Shown piece after piece: positions 27,301-49,341 of a DNA stretch of 64,000 bases; position 1 is the stretch's first letter; every line of letters begins with the position of its first letter. The notes below the pieces were generated by a model. The model saw nothing but the letters and a program-made list of their open reading frames with translations. It searched no databases and was not told the DNA's origin. Origin of the DNA: the human T2T-CHM13v2.0 reference genome, Homo sapiens. Position numbers and translations under genes: made by a program. Location: the NCBI RefSeq assembly GCF_009914755.1, contig NC_060941.1. The stretch is one strand, 5' to 3'.

Positions 27301-30300
27301 CAGAGATGCTCCCTCAGAATTTAATGCGTTCCCAGAGAAATTCTCTCAGAACCTAATGCGTTCCTAGAGAACCTCCCTCAGAACCTCAGTGCGTTTCCAG
27401 AGAAGCTCCCTCAGAACGTAATGCATTCCCAGACAACTTCCCTCAGAACCTAATTCCTTCCCAGAGAACCTCTCTCAGAACCTAATGCATTCCTAGAGAA
27501 CTTCCCTCAGAACCTAATGCGTTCCCAGAGATCCTCCCTCAGAATTTAATGCGTTCCCAGAGAAATTCCCTCAGAACCTCAGTGCGTTCCCAGAGAACCT
27601 CCCTCAGAACCTCAGTGCGTTTCCAGAGAAGCTCCCTCAGAAGCCAATGCATTCCCAGACAACTTCCCTGAGAACCTAATTCCTTCCCAGAGAACCTCCC
27701 TCAGAACCTCAGTCAATTACCAGAGAACCTCCCTCAGAACCTAATGCGATCCCAGAGAACATCCCTCAGAACCTAATGCGTTCCTAGAGAACCCCCAACA
27801 GAATCTCAGTGCATTACCAGAAAACCTCCCGCAGGACCTAATGCGGTCCCAGAGAACATCCCTCAGAACCTAATGCGTTCCCAGAGAACCTCCCTCAGAA
27901 TGGAATGCGTTTGTAGAGAACTTCCTTCAGAACCTAAGGCGTTCCCAAAGATCCTCCCTCAGAACCTAATGCGTTCCCAGAGAACCCCCAACAGAATCTC
28001 AGTGGGTTACCAGAAAACCTCCCTCAGGACCTAATGCGGTCCCAGAGAACCTCCCTCAGAACCTCAGTGCATTACCAGAGAACCTTCCTCAGGACCTAAT
28101 GCGGTCCCAGAGAACATCCCTCAGAACCTAATGCGTTCCCAGAGAACCTCCCTCAGAACCTAATGCGTTCCCAGAGAATCTCCCTCAGAACCTAATGCGT
28201 TCCCAGAGAACCTCCCTCAGAACCTAATGCGTTCCCAGAGAACCTCCCTCAGAACCTAATGTATTCCTAGAGAACTTCCCTCAGAACCTAATGCGTTCCC
28301 AGAGATCCTCCCTCAGAATTTAATGCGTTCCCAGAGAAATTCCCTCAGAACCTAATGCCTTCCCAGAGAACCTCCCTCAGAATCTCAGTGCATTACCGGA
28401 GAACCACCCTCAGGACCTAATGTGGTCCCAGAGAACATCCCTCAGAACCTAATGCGTTCCCACAGAACTTCCCTCAGAACCTCAGTGCGTTTCCAGAGAA
28501 CCTCCCTCACAATCTCAGTGCATTCCCAGAGAACTTCCCTCAGGACCTCAATGTGTTCTCAGAGATCCTCCCTCATGACCTAATGTGTTCCCAGAGAACC
28601 TCCCTCAGAACCTAATGCATTCCGAGAGAACTTCCCTCAGAACCTAATTCCTTCCCAGAGAACCTCCCTCAGAACCTCAGTGCATTACCAGAGAACCACC
28701 CTCAGGACCTAATGCGTTCTCAGAGAACCTCCCTCAGAACCTAATTCCTTCCCAGAGAACCTCCGTCAGAACCTGAGTGCATTAACAGAGAACCACCCTC
28801 AGGACCTAATGCGTTCCCAGGGAACCTCCCTCATAACCTAATTCCTTGCCAGAGAACCTCCCTCAGAACCTCAGTGCATTACCAGAGAACCACCGTCAGG
28901 ACCTAATGTGGTCCCAGAGAACATCCCTCAGAATCTAATGCATTCCCAGAGAACCCCCAACAGAATCTCAGTGGGTTACCAGAAAACCTCCCTCAGGACC
29001 TAATGCGGTCCCAGAGAACCTCCCTCAGAACCTCAGTGCATTACCAGAAAACCTCCCTCAGGACCTAATGCGGTCCCAGAGAACATCCCTCAGAACCTAA
29101 TGCGTTCCCAGAGAACCTCCCTCAGAACCTAATGTGTTCCCAGAGAACCTCCCTCAGAACCTAATTCCTTCCCAGAGAAGCTCCCTCAAAACCTAATGCA
29201 TTCCCAGACAACTTCCCTCAGAAACTAATGCGTTCCCAGAGATCCTCCCTCAGAATTTAATGCGTTCCCAGAGAAATTCCCTCAGAACCTAATGCATTCC
29301 CAGAGAACCTCCCTCAGAACCTCAGTGCGTTTCCAGAGAACCTCCCTCACAATCTCAGTGAATTCCCAGAGAACTTCCCTCAGGACCTCAATCTGTTCCC
29401 AGAGATCCTCCCTCAGGACCTAAGGTGTTCCCAGAGATCCTCCCTCAGAACCTAATGCGTTCCCAGAGAACCTCCCTCAGAACCTAATGCATTCCCAGAG
29501 AACTTCCCTCAGAACCTAATTCCTTCCCAGAGAACCTCCCTCAGAACCTCAGTGCATTGCCAGAGAACCTCCCTCAGGACCTAATGTGTTCCCAGGGAAC
29601 CTCCCTCAGAACCTAATGTGTTCCCAGAGAACCTCCCTCAGGACAGAATGCGTTCCTAGAGAACTTCCCTCAGAACCTAATGCGTTCCCAGAGATCCTCC
29701 CTCAGAATCTAATGCGTTCGCAGAGAAATTCCCTCAGAACCTGATGCATTACCAGAGAACTTCCCTTAGGACCTCAATGCGTTCCCAGAGAACCTCCCTC
29801 AGAACCTAATGCATTCCAAGAGAACCTCCCTCAGAACCTAATGCATTCCAAGAGAACCTCCCTCAGAACCTCAACGCATTCGCAGAGATCAAGACCTCTA
29901 CGCGTTCCCAGAGACCCTCCCTCAAGACCTAATGGGTACCCAGAGAACCTCCCACAGAACCTAATGCGTTCCCAGATAACCTCCCTCAGAACTTAATGCA
30001 TTCCCAGAGACCTTCCCTCACAACCTAATGCGTTCCCACAGGACTTCACTCAAGACCTAATGTGTTCCCAGAGAACTTCCCTCAGGACCTAATGCATTCC
30101 CAGAGAACCTCCCTCAGGACCTAATGCGTTTCCAGAGAACCTCCCTTAAAAGCTAGTGCGTTCGCAGAGAACCTCCCTCAGAACCTAATGCATTCCCACA
30201 GATCTTCACTCAGGACCTGATGCGTTCCCAGAGAACTTCCCTCAGGATCTCAATTCGTTTCCAGAGAACCTCCCTCAGGACCTCAATGCGTTCCCAGAGA

Positions 30301-33120
30301 ACCCCTCTCAGAACCTAATGGGTTCCCAGAGAACTTCCCTAAGAACCTAATTCGTTCCCAGAGAACCTCCCTGAGAACCCTGAGGTCACAGAGGACCTTC
30401 CTCAGAACCTAATGCATTCCCAGAGAACTTCCCTCAAAACCTAATGCATTCCCTGAGAATCTCCCTCAGAACATAATGCGTTCCCAAAGAAGCTCCCACA
30501 CAACCTACTGCGTTCCCAGAGAACCTCCCTCAGAACCTGAATGCATTCCCAGAGAACTTCCCTCAGAACCTAAGGCATTCCCAGAGAACTTCCCTCAGAA
30601 CCTAATGCGTTCCCAGAGAACCTCCCTAAGGACGTAATGCATTCACAGAGGACTTCCCTCAGAACCTAATGCATCCCCGGAAAACCTTCCTCAGAACCTA
30701 ATGCGTTCCTAGAGAACTTTCCTCAGAACTTAAATGCGTTCCCAGAGATCCTCCCTCAGAATCTAATGCGTTCCCACAGAAATTCCCTCAGAACCTACTG
30801 CGTTCCCAGAGAACTTCCCTTAGGACCTCAATGCGTTCCCAGAGAACCTCCCTCAGAACCTCAGTACATTCGCAGACAACCTCCCTTGGAACCTCAGTGC
30901 ATTCCCAGATAACCTCCCTGAGGACCTCAATGTGTTCCCAGAGACCCTCCCTCAGAACCTAATGTGTTCCCAGAGAACCTCCTTCAGAACCTAATGCGTT
31001 CCCAGAGAACCTCCCTCAGAATCTAATGCATTCCCAGAGAACCTCCCTCAGAACCTCAGTGCAATCCCAGAGAACCTGCCTTCAAACCTAATGCGTTCCC
31101 AGAAAACATCCCTCAGGAACTAATGAGTTCCAGGAGAACTTCCCTCAGAACCTAATGTGTTCCCAGAGAACCTCCCTCAGAACCTAATGCATCCCAGAGA
31201 ACATCACTCAGAACCTAATGTGTTCCCAGAGAACCTCCCTCAGAACCTCAGTGCATTCTGAGAACCTCCCTCAAAACCTCAGTGTGTTCCCAGAGAACCT
31301 CCCTGAGGACCTAATGCATTCCCAGAGAACCTCCCTCAGAACCCAATGTGTCCCCAGAGAACCTCCCTCACAACCCAGTGCGTTCCCAGAGAACCTCCCT
31401 CAGGACCTCAATGCGTTCCCAGAGAACTTCCCTCATCATCTAATGCATTCCCAAAGAACCTCCCTCAGAACCTAGTGCATTCCCAGAGAACATCACTCAG
31501 GACCCAATGTGTTCCCAGAGAACCTCCACAGAAGCTCAATGCGTTCCCAGAGAACCTCCTTCAGACGCTAATGTGTTCCCAGGGAACTTCCCTCAGAACC
31601 TCAACGCAGTCCCAGAGAAACTCCCTCAGACCCTAACGTGTTCCCAGAGAACCTCCCTTAGAACCCAATGCGTTCCCAGAGAACCTCCCTCAGAACCTAA
31701 TGCGTTCCGAGATAACCTCCCTCAGAATCTCAATGCGTTCCCAGAGAACTTCTCTTAGAACCTAATGCGTTTCCAGAGAACCTCCCTCAGAATCTCCATG
31801 CATTCTCAGAGGACTTCCCTCAGAACCTAATGTGTTCCCAGAGAACTTCCCTCAGGACCTAATGCGTTCCCAGAGAACTTCCCTCAGGACCTAATGCGTT
31901 CCCAGAGAACCTCCCTCAGGACCTAATGTGTTTCCAGAGAACCTCCCTTAGAACCTAATGCGTTCCTAGAGAACTTCCCTCAGAATCTAAAGTGTTCCCA
32001 GAGAACCTCCCTCAGAACCTCAGTGCATTAGCAGAGAACCTCCCTCAGAACCTAATGCGTTCCCACAGAACTTCCCTCACAACCTAATGCGTTCCCAAAG
32101 AACTTCCCTCAGGACCTCAATGCGTTCCCAGAGAATCTCCCTCAGAACCTAATGCGTTCCCAAAGAACTTCCCTCAGAACCTAATATGTTCCCAGAGAAC
32201 CTCCCTCAGAACCTCAGTGAGTTCCCAGAGAACCTCCTTCGGAACCTCAGTGCATTCCCAGAGAACCTCCCTCAGAACCTCAGTGTGTTCCCAGAGAACC
32301 TCCCTGAGGACATAATGCATTCCCACAGAACCTCCCTCAGAACCTCAATGCGTTCCCAGAGACCTTCCCTCACAACCTAATGCGTTCCCAGAGAACTTCC
32401 CCCAGGACCTAATGCATTCCCAGAGACCTCTCTCAGAACCTCAATGCGTTCCCAGAGAACCTTCCTCAGGACCTAATGCGTTCCCAGAGAACCTCCCTCA
32501 GAACTTCAATACATTCCCAGAGAACTTTCCTCAGAACCTAATGCGTTCCCAGGGAACTTCCATCAGAACCTAATGCATTCCCAGATAACCTCCCTCAGAA
32601 CCTGAATGCGTTCCCAAAGAACCTCCCTCAGAACCTAATGTGTTCCCGGAGAACCTCACTCAGGACCTCAATGCGTTCCCAGAGAACTCCCTTCTGAACC
32701 AAATGCGTTCCCAGAGAATCTCCCTCAGAACCTAATGGGTTCCCATAGAACCTCCCTCAGAATCTAATGTGTTCCCAGAGAACTTCCCTCAGGACCTCAA
32801 TGCATTCCCAGAGAACCTCCTTCAGAACCTCAATGCGTTCCCAGAGAACTTCCCTCAGAACCTCAATGCGTTCCCAGAGAACCTCCATCAGGACCTCATG
32901 CGTTCCCAGGGAACCTCCCTCAGAACCTCAATGCATTCCCAGAGAACTTCCCTCAGTACCTAATGCGTTCCCAGGGAACCTCCCTCAGGACCTAATATGT
33001 TCCCAGATAACTTCCCTCAGTACCTAATGCATTCCCCAAGAAGCTCCCTCAGAACCCAATGTGTTTCCAGAGATCTTCCCTCAGAACCTCAGTGTGTTCC
33101 TGAAGAACTTCCCTCAGGAC
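24383..33120. repeat. Large 32/33-bp minisatellite (~8.7 kb, ~270 units)
   Basis: Consensus cccagagaacctccctcagaacct(c)aatgcgtt; period 32 checked at 28138 and 28170; degenerate units. Confidence 0.98.
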
Positions 33121-33522
33121 TTTCCTGCAGCCGCTGTTGCTCTCCCCATGGGAGCCACCTTCTGGTCCCTTCCGAGTGCGTTCTTTAGACTATGAGGCTT
33201 CCTCTGGGAGCCCAGGCCAGTCTGTCTCCAGTCATCTCGTTACAATCATCTTGACCTTTCCAAAACCTGCCTTCCAACGTGGAAGGGCTTGGCTGCGGAC
33301 AAGGACGCAGGGATGAGGAGGAGTCTTCCTCCTTTTCTAATGCCCCCTCACGCACACAACGGACACTGGAGCACGAACACAGTCTTCGGCTGTTAGTTTG
33401 GAAGTCTTTGGGATTTTTTTAAAAACAGGGTGGGAGGGAAGAAACCTGGCCGCAGTGAGATGCTTTATAAAAATATTTGGAGGCTACAAGTTTGTGAAAA
33501 GCATATAGTATATTTTGTTTGC

Positions 33523-37374
<3,852 letters not shown>

Positions 37375-38607
37375 TTATATATTTTAATAAATACTGGAAG
37401 AGATAAGCCCTAATGACAGAAATGATAACTACCTATTTCTGGCCTTTAAAAAAATTTTTTTTTAAATAACACGTTGCAATGGTTAAAAACATCTGTAAAA
37501 ACTGATTTGTAAAAAATGATCACTAAAAATTAAATGTCAACTTTAGACACATCTACTCAATCTTGTACTTAACCCTCTTCCCTTTTTACCTTTCAGGAGT
37601 TCCATGTCTTTCATTTTTTGGCAAGGTTTCTAGAAACTTTGGTCCTTCCTAAGAATAAATACAATCTGCACTGTTTTTACTCTTATCATCTGGAAGTCAC
37701 TGCCAAAGCCAGGCCTTGGACTGAGCCCACAACCACACAAGCCTGGCTGATTGAGCTTGAATCTGCCGGATCTAGAATTCCACTTGAGTGCACAGATGTC
37801 CTGGGAGTTTTTCTGCATTTCCATTAGTTTAAGATGAAGGATCTATGATGGAGGATGAGGATTGTGAGGGGTGTCCTCACCCACTTGTCCTGTTTATTCC
37901 AAGTCAGTATCTTTTATTATTGATTCAATAAGATGACTTAAGTGAATAGAAAAATGTGATTTAATTTGTCTAACTCTATAGGACTAGATATCATGGATTC
38001 AGATTTGGAAAACATGGCTACTACAAACAGATATCTTTTTATTAATTAAATAATAATGATAAGTATTATAGCTATTCTTTTTATTTAATTTTTTTCTTCT
38101 TTTGAAGAAAATATTCACACTCTGCAGGATAACTTCTGGTAATTATACATGTGAATTTACATAATACAGAATGTTAACATTTAAAAAAATCAACGTGTAT
38201 ATTTTGCTTTTTTTTTAAATTTTGAACATGTATATTTTGTATTCAGCTTTACTGACTTACTAATTTATGTGTACTTTCCCAACTACTGACAATATTTTAT
38301 CACTTTAAAATGGCTACATTATGAAAATCTTTAAAAGCCTATATATTATAGATTACTGTATGGATGTTAAATTTTCTGATTTTGATCTATGGTAATAGAA
38401 TTGAATGCCCTTTTTCTTAAGAAATATATACTAAAATATTTAGGGGTAAAGGACATTATGTCTACAACTTACAAATTGTTCTAAAGGTCGGGGGGGAGTG
38501 GGGAGGAAATAATAAAGTTATATAGCAAAATGTTAACAATTGCTGAATCCAGAAGAAAGATATTTAGGAGCTCCTTGTAACTTTTCTCTTAGTTTGACAT
38601 TATTTTA

Positions 38608-43328
<4,721 letters not shown>

Positions 43329-43410
43329 AAGAATGGCACATTGTCAACACCGCATGGGCTGGAGGGCAACACTGTGTGGGAGGCAAAGGCACTCCTGCCT
43401 CAGCGAAATA

Positions 43411-45133
43411 GGGGTGTGGATCAATTTCCTGGTTTGATGATGCACTCTAGTGCCCCCCCTGGAGGAAGCTGGGAGATGGGAAGGGGTCTGGATCAATTTC
43501 CTGGTTTAATGATGCACTCTAGTGTCCCCCCTGGAGGAAGCTGGGAGATGGGAAGGGGTCTGGACCAATTTCCTCGTTTGATGATGCACTCTAGTGCCCC
43601 GCCCTGGAGGAAGCTGGGAGATGGGAAGGGGTCTGGATCAATTTCCTGATTTGATGATGCACTCTAGTGTCCCCCTGGAGGAAGCTGGGAGATGGGAAGG
43701 GGTCTGGATCAATTTCCTGGTTTGATGATGCACTCTAGTGTCCCCCCTGGAGGAAGCTGGGAGATGGGAAGGGGTCTGGATCAATTTCCTCGTTTGATGA
43801 TGCACTCTAGTGCCCTGCCCTCGAGGAAGCTGGGAGATGGGAAGGGGTCTGGATCAATTTCCTGATTTGATGATGCACTCTAGTGTCCCCCTGGAGGAAG
43901 CTGGGAGATGGGAAGGGGTCTGGATCAATTTCCTGGTTTGATGATGCACTCTAGTGCCCCGCCCTGGAGGAAGCTGGGAGATGGGAAGGGGTCTGGATCA
44001 ATTTCCTGATTTGATGATGCACTCTAGTGTCCCCCTGGAGGAAGCTGGGAGATGGGAAGGGGTCTGGATCAATTTCCTGGTTTGATGATGCACTCTAGTG
44101 TCCCCCTGGAGGAAGCTGGGAGATGGGAAGGGGTCTGGATCAATTTCCTCGTTTGATGATGCACTCTAGTGTCCCCCTGGAGGAAGCTGGGAGATGGGAA
44201 GGGGTCTGGACCAATTTCCTCGTTTGATGATGCACTCTAGTGTCCCCCTGGAGGAAGCTGGGAGATGGGAAGGGGTCTGGATCAATTTCCTCGTTTGATG
44301 ATGCACTCTAGTGCCCCGCCCTGGAGGAAGCTGGGAGATGGGAAGGGGTCTGGATCAATTTCCTGATTTGATGATGCACTCTAGTGTCCCCCTGGAGGAA
44401 GCTGGGAGATGGGAAGGGGTCTGGATCAATTTCCTGGTTTGATGATGCACTCTAGTGTCCCCCCTGGAGGAAGCTGGGAGATGGGAAGGGGTCTGGATCA
44501 ATTTCCTGGTTTGATGATGCACTCTAGTGCCCTGCCCTCGAGGAAGCTGGGAGATGGGAAGGGGTCTGGATCAATTTCCTGATTTGATGATGCACTCTAG
44601 TGCCCCCCCTGGAGGAAGCTGGGAGATGGGAAGGGGTCTGGATCAATTTCCTGGTTTGATGATGCACTCTAGTGTCCCCCCTGGAGGAAGCTGGGAGATG
44701 GGAAGGGGTCTGGATCAATTTCCTGGTTTGATGATGCACTCTAGTGCCCCCCCTGGAGGAAGCTGGGAGATGGGAAGGGGTCTGGATCAATTTCCTGGTT
44801 TGATGATGCACTCTAGTGTCCCCCTGGAGGAAGCTGGGAGATGGGAAGGGGTCTGGATCAATTTCCTGATTTGATGATGCACTCTAGTGTCCCCCTGGAG
44901 GAAGCTGGGAGATGGGAAGGGGTCTGGATCAATTTCCTCGTTTGATGATGCACTCTAGTGTCCCCCTGGAGGAAGCTGGGAGATGGGAAGGGGTCTGGAT
45001 CAATTTCCTCGTTTGATGATGCACTCTAGTGTCCCCCTGGAGAAAGCTGGGAGATGGGAAGGGGTCTGGATCAATTTCCTGGTTTGATGATGGACTCTAC
45101 TATGTTAGCTGTCCCCTGGAGGAAGCTGGGAGA
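43411..45133. repeat. 71-73-bp minisatellite, ~24 highly homogeneous units
   Basis: ggatcaatttcctggtttgatgatgcactctagtgtccccc(c)tggaggaagctgggagatgggaaggggtct; anchors at 43418, 43490, 43562, 43635, 43706 ... 45068. Confidence 0.98.
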
Positions 45134-46612
45134 TCAGTACACTGTACCTCGCTGTACTAGGTTTATAATTTATGAGCCCATAATTATTTCAAAATATAAA
45201 GTTTTTTAAAAAGTGGTTCAGAAGATGTGGACCTGCATGTGAAGAAGTTTTAGAAATATCTTTATTTATTTTGCCTATAGTTTCCTTTTTATGTATGCAC
45301 AAAAGTGATATATGATTTGAAAGAAACTATGTTGGAGTAAGTGTGAAGAGCTCATCTCTTAGGTATAAAATACAGATTCCAAGTGAGTAAAGAAAATGGC
45401 TACATAATTCCAACGAACTCATCTTGTTCAGTCTGCCACAGGCCCTGCCCTTGATGACGTCCCACAGGTCCTGCCCTTGATGAGGCCCCACAGGACACTC
45501 AGAAAGCTGCATGACCAGGCAGTGCCAGGGTTCCACCTCTATCTGCAGATGACGCTGCCCTGCCCTGCCCTCCCCACCAACAGCACTCTTCTGCAGTGAG
45601 GAGGGACCCTTGACCCTGCCACCACAGCACCCGGGTCCTCTTGCAGCACTTCTAGTGAGCTGAAGCAAGAGAGGAATAATGGGAGAGACTGCCTGAAGTT
45701 TCCTTTTTTCTTACTTTTTTCCTGCAGGGCTGCCTCCTGCCTATGGCTACGTTATGAACGTGCTCAGTTTAGATAGTAGGTGCTGGAATTTTGGCTAACT
45801 GGCATTTCCCTTTGCACCAAGCAACTGCCCAAAGGGTTGATTCTCAGCTTAAACACTACACTAAGTCATTTAGCAGTAATGTTTGGGCCGGGTTCTGAGT
45901 GTGTGAATTCTGTCCAAAAGCTGAAGATGTTTAAGCTATTTCCTCCTGGAGTTTGGTGGAATAATAAAAGGTTACTGTTGTCACAGTGAGGAGGTCTGCA
46001 GCTGGTCCCACTTCCTTTCATTACTACCCAATGTAAACAGATTAAATCGAACCGCTCGGATCACCAGAAGGGACATTCCTTATTTCTGCTCCTTTCTGTT
46101 ATGCTTTCAGTGTCCCTCAGGCTCCTTTCAGATGTCAGTTTTTATCATTGGGAATATCTTGGCAACTGATTGCTCAGGCCCTCTTGTAAACGAAATACCT
46201 TCTTTCAGGTTCCCTCTCTCTTCTCAGCAGCGAGGCGTAAACTGCAGTAGTGAGCAGGGTGTGACCCTTACCTTGAGGGCCACATGGCTACTGACTGCAG
46301 CCATGAAATGGGTTAGGTCACCCACAGAGCCGGCAGAGACCTTCCCTCCAACCACCTCTGGCTGATTTCACCACTAACACCTGGTGGGGTCCCTCCCCCA
46401 CCCCAAGAGGTCTGCTTTTGTTGTGCACCCCACTCTGGGAAGAGGGAGATCCTGGGGCGCCCACCTAATCAGCCACCAGCAAGGCCAGGGCTGGTGAGGC
46501 AGCAGGAGGTAAGGGATGGCGTGGGTGGAGGCATTAGTCACTGGCATGTAAGTGTTATTACTAATCAGTAATAGCCCATGAAATGGTGGGTGGATCAGCT
46601 AGATTAGGGGGT

Positions 46613-46946
<334 letters not shown>

Positions 46947-47014
46947 TAAATTACATAAAACCTCTGGTTCAAAAAAAAATTTCATCTGAAAGCCCACAAT
47001 ACAAAATGACTTGC

Positions 47015-49341
47015 AGCTCTCCCTCTCCCTCTCCCTCTCCCCACGGTCTCCCTCTCCCCACGGTCTCCCTCTCCCTCTCTTTCCACGGTCTCCCTCTCAT
47101 GCTGAGCCGAAGCTGGACTGTACTGCTGCCATCTCGGCTCACTGCAACCTCCCTGCCTGATTCTCCTGACTCAGCCTGCCGAGTGCCTGCGATTGCAGGC
47201 TCGCGCCGCCACACCTGACTGGTTTTGGTGGAGACGGGGTTTCGCTGGGTTGGCCAGGCCGGTCTCCAGCCCCTAACCGCAAGTGATCCGCCAGCCTCGG
47301 CCTCCCGAGGTGCCGGGAGTGCAGACGGAGTCTCGTTCACTCAGTGCTCAATGGTGCCCAGGCTGGAGTGCAGGGGCGTGATCTCAGCTCGCTACAACCT
47401 CCACCTCCCAGCCGCCTGCCTTGGCCTCCCAAAGTGCCGAGATTGCAGCCTCTGCCCGGCCACCACCCCGTCTGGGAAGTGAGGAGCGTCTCTGCCTGGC
47501 CGCCCATCATCTGGGATGTGAGGAGCCCCTCTGCCTGGCTGCCCAGTCTGGAAAGTGAGGAGCGTCTCCGCCCGGCCCCCATCCCATCTAGGAAGTGAGG
47601 AGCACCTCTTCCCGGCCGCCATCACATCTAGGAAGTGAGGAGCGTCTCTGCCCGGCCGCCCATCGTCTGGGATGTGAGGAGCCCCTCTGCCTGGCTGCCC
47701 AGTCTGGAAAGTGAGGAGCGTCTCCGCCCGGCCGCCATCCCACCTAGGAAGTGAGGAGCACCTCTTCCCGGCCGCCATCACATCTAGGAAGTGAGGAGCG
47801 TCTCTGCCCGGCTGCCCATTGTCTGAGATGTGGGGAGCGCCTCTGCCCTGCCGCCCCGTCTGGGATGTGAGGAGCACCTCTGCCCGGCCGCGACCCGGTC
47901 TGGGAGGTGAGGAGCATTTCTGCCCGGCCGCCCCGTCTGAGAAGTGAGGAGACCCTCTGCCCGGCAACCGCCCCGTCTGAGAAGTGAGGAGCCCCTCCGC
48001 CCGGCAGCCGCCCCGTCTGAGAAGTGAGGAGCCTCTCTGCCCGGCAGCCACCCCGTCTGGGAAGTGAGGAGCGTCTCCGCCCGGCAGCCACCCCGTCCGG
48101 GAGGGAGGTGGGGGGGTCAGCCCCCCGCCAGGCCAGCCACCCCGTCCGGGAGGGAGGTGGGGGGGTCAGCCCCATGCCCGGCCAGCCGCCCCGTCCGGGA
48201 GGGAGATGGGGGGGTCAGCCCCCCGCCCGGCCAGCCGCCCCATCCGGGAGGTGAGGGGCGCCTCTGCCCGGCCGCCCCTACTGGGAAGTGAGGAGCCCCT
48301 CTGCCCAGCCAGCCGCCCCGTCCGGGAGGGAGGTGGGGGGGTCAGCCCCACGCCCGGCCAGGCGCCCCGTCCGGGAGGGAGGTGGGGGGGTCAGCCCCTC
48401 GCCCGGCCAGCCGCCCCGTCCGGGAGGGAGGTGGGGGGTCAGCCCCCCACCCGGCCAGCCGCCCCGTCCGGGAGGTGAGGGGCGCCTCTGCCCAGCCGCC
48501 CCTACTGGGAAGTGAGGAGCCCCTCTGCCAGGCCAGCCGCCCCGTCCGGGAGGGAGGTGGGGGGGGGGTCAGCCCCCAACCCGGCCAGCCGCCCCATCTG
48601 GGAGGTGAGGGGCGCCTCTGCCCGGCCACCCCTACTGGGAAGTGAGGAGCCCCTCTGCCAGGCCAGCCGCCCCGTCCGGGAGGGAGGTGGGGGGGTCAGC
48701 CCCCCGCCCGGCCAGCCGCCCCGCCCGGGAGGTGAGGGGCGCCTCTGCCCGGCCGCCCCTACTGGGAAGTGAGGAGCCCCTCTGCCCGGCCACCACCCTG
48801 TCTGGGAGGTGTACCCAACAGCTCATTGAGAACGGGCCATGATGACAATGGCGGCTTTGTGGAATAGAAAGTGGGGAAAGGTGGGGAAAAGATTGAGAAA
48901 TCGGATGGTTGCCGTGTCTGTGTAGAGAGAAGTAGACATGGGAGACTTTTCATTTTGTTCTGTACTAAGAAAACTTCTTCTGCCTTGGGATCCTGTTGAT
49001 CTGTGACCTTACCCCCAACCCTGTGCTCTCTGAAACATGTGCTGTGTCCACTCAGGGTTAAATGGATTAAGGGCGGTGCAAGATGTGCTTTGTTAAACAG
49101 ATGCTTGAAGGCAGCATGCTCGTTAAGAGTCATCACCACTCCCTAATCTCAAGTACCCAGGGACACAAACACTGCGGAAGGCCTCAGGGTCCTCTGCCTA
49201 GGAAAACCAGAGACCTTTGTTCACTTGTTTATCTGCTGACCTTCCCTCCACTATTGTCCTATGACCCTGCCAAATCCCCCTCTGTGAGAAACACCCAAGA
49301 ATTATCAATAAAAAATAAATAAATTAAAAAAAAAAACAAAA
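47015..49341 (+). mobile_element. Full-length SVA (SVA_D-like), antisense to VPS53
   Basis: Hexamer head, Alu-like segment, long GC-rich VNTR, SINE-R, poly-A; TSD acaaaatgacttgc at 47001-47014 and 49342-49355. Confidence 0.96.

Noticed and set aside
24383-33120. CRISPR-like array, or repetitive protein (ENLPQNLNAFP / SQRTSLRT ORFs)
   Set aside because: Units are head-to-tail with no unique spacers, there are no cas genes, and the context is a eukaryotic intron. The ORFs are short by-products of runs of 33-bp units, antisense to VPS53.
43341-44874. Repetitive ORFs (GGSWEMGRGLDQFPGLMMHSS)n
   Set aside because: They arise from runs of 72-bp units and are broken by 71/73-bp units; no promoter or splice support.
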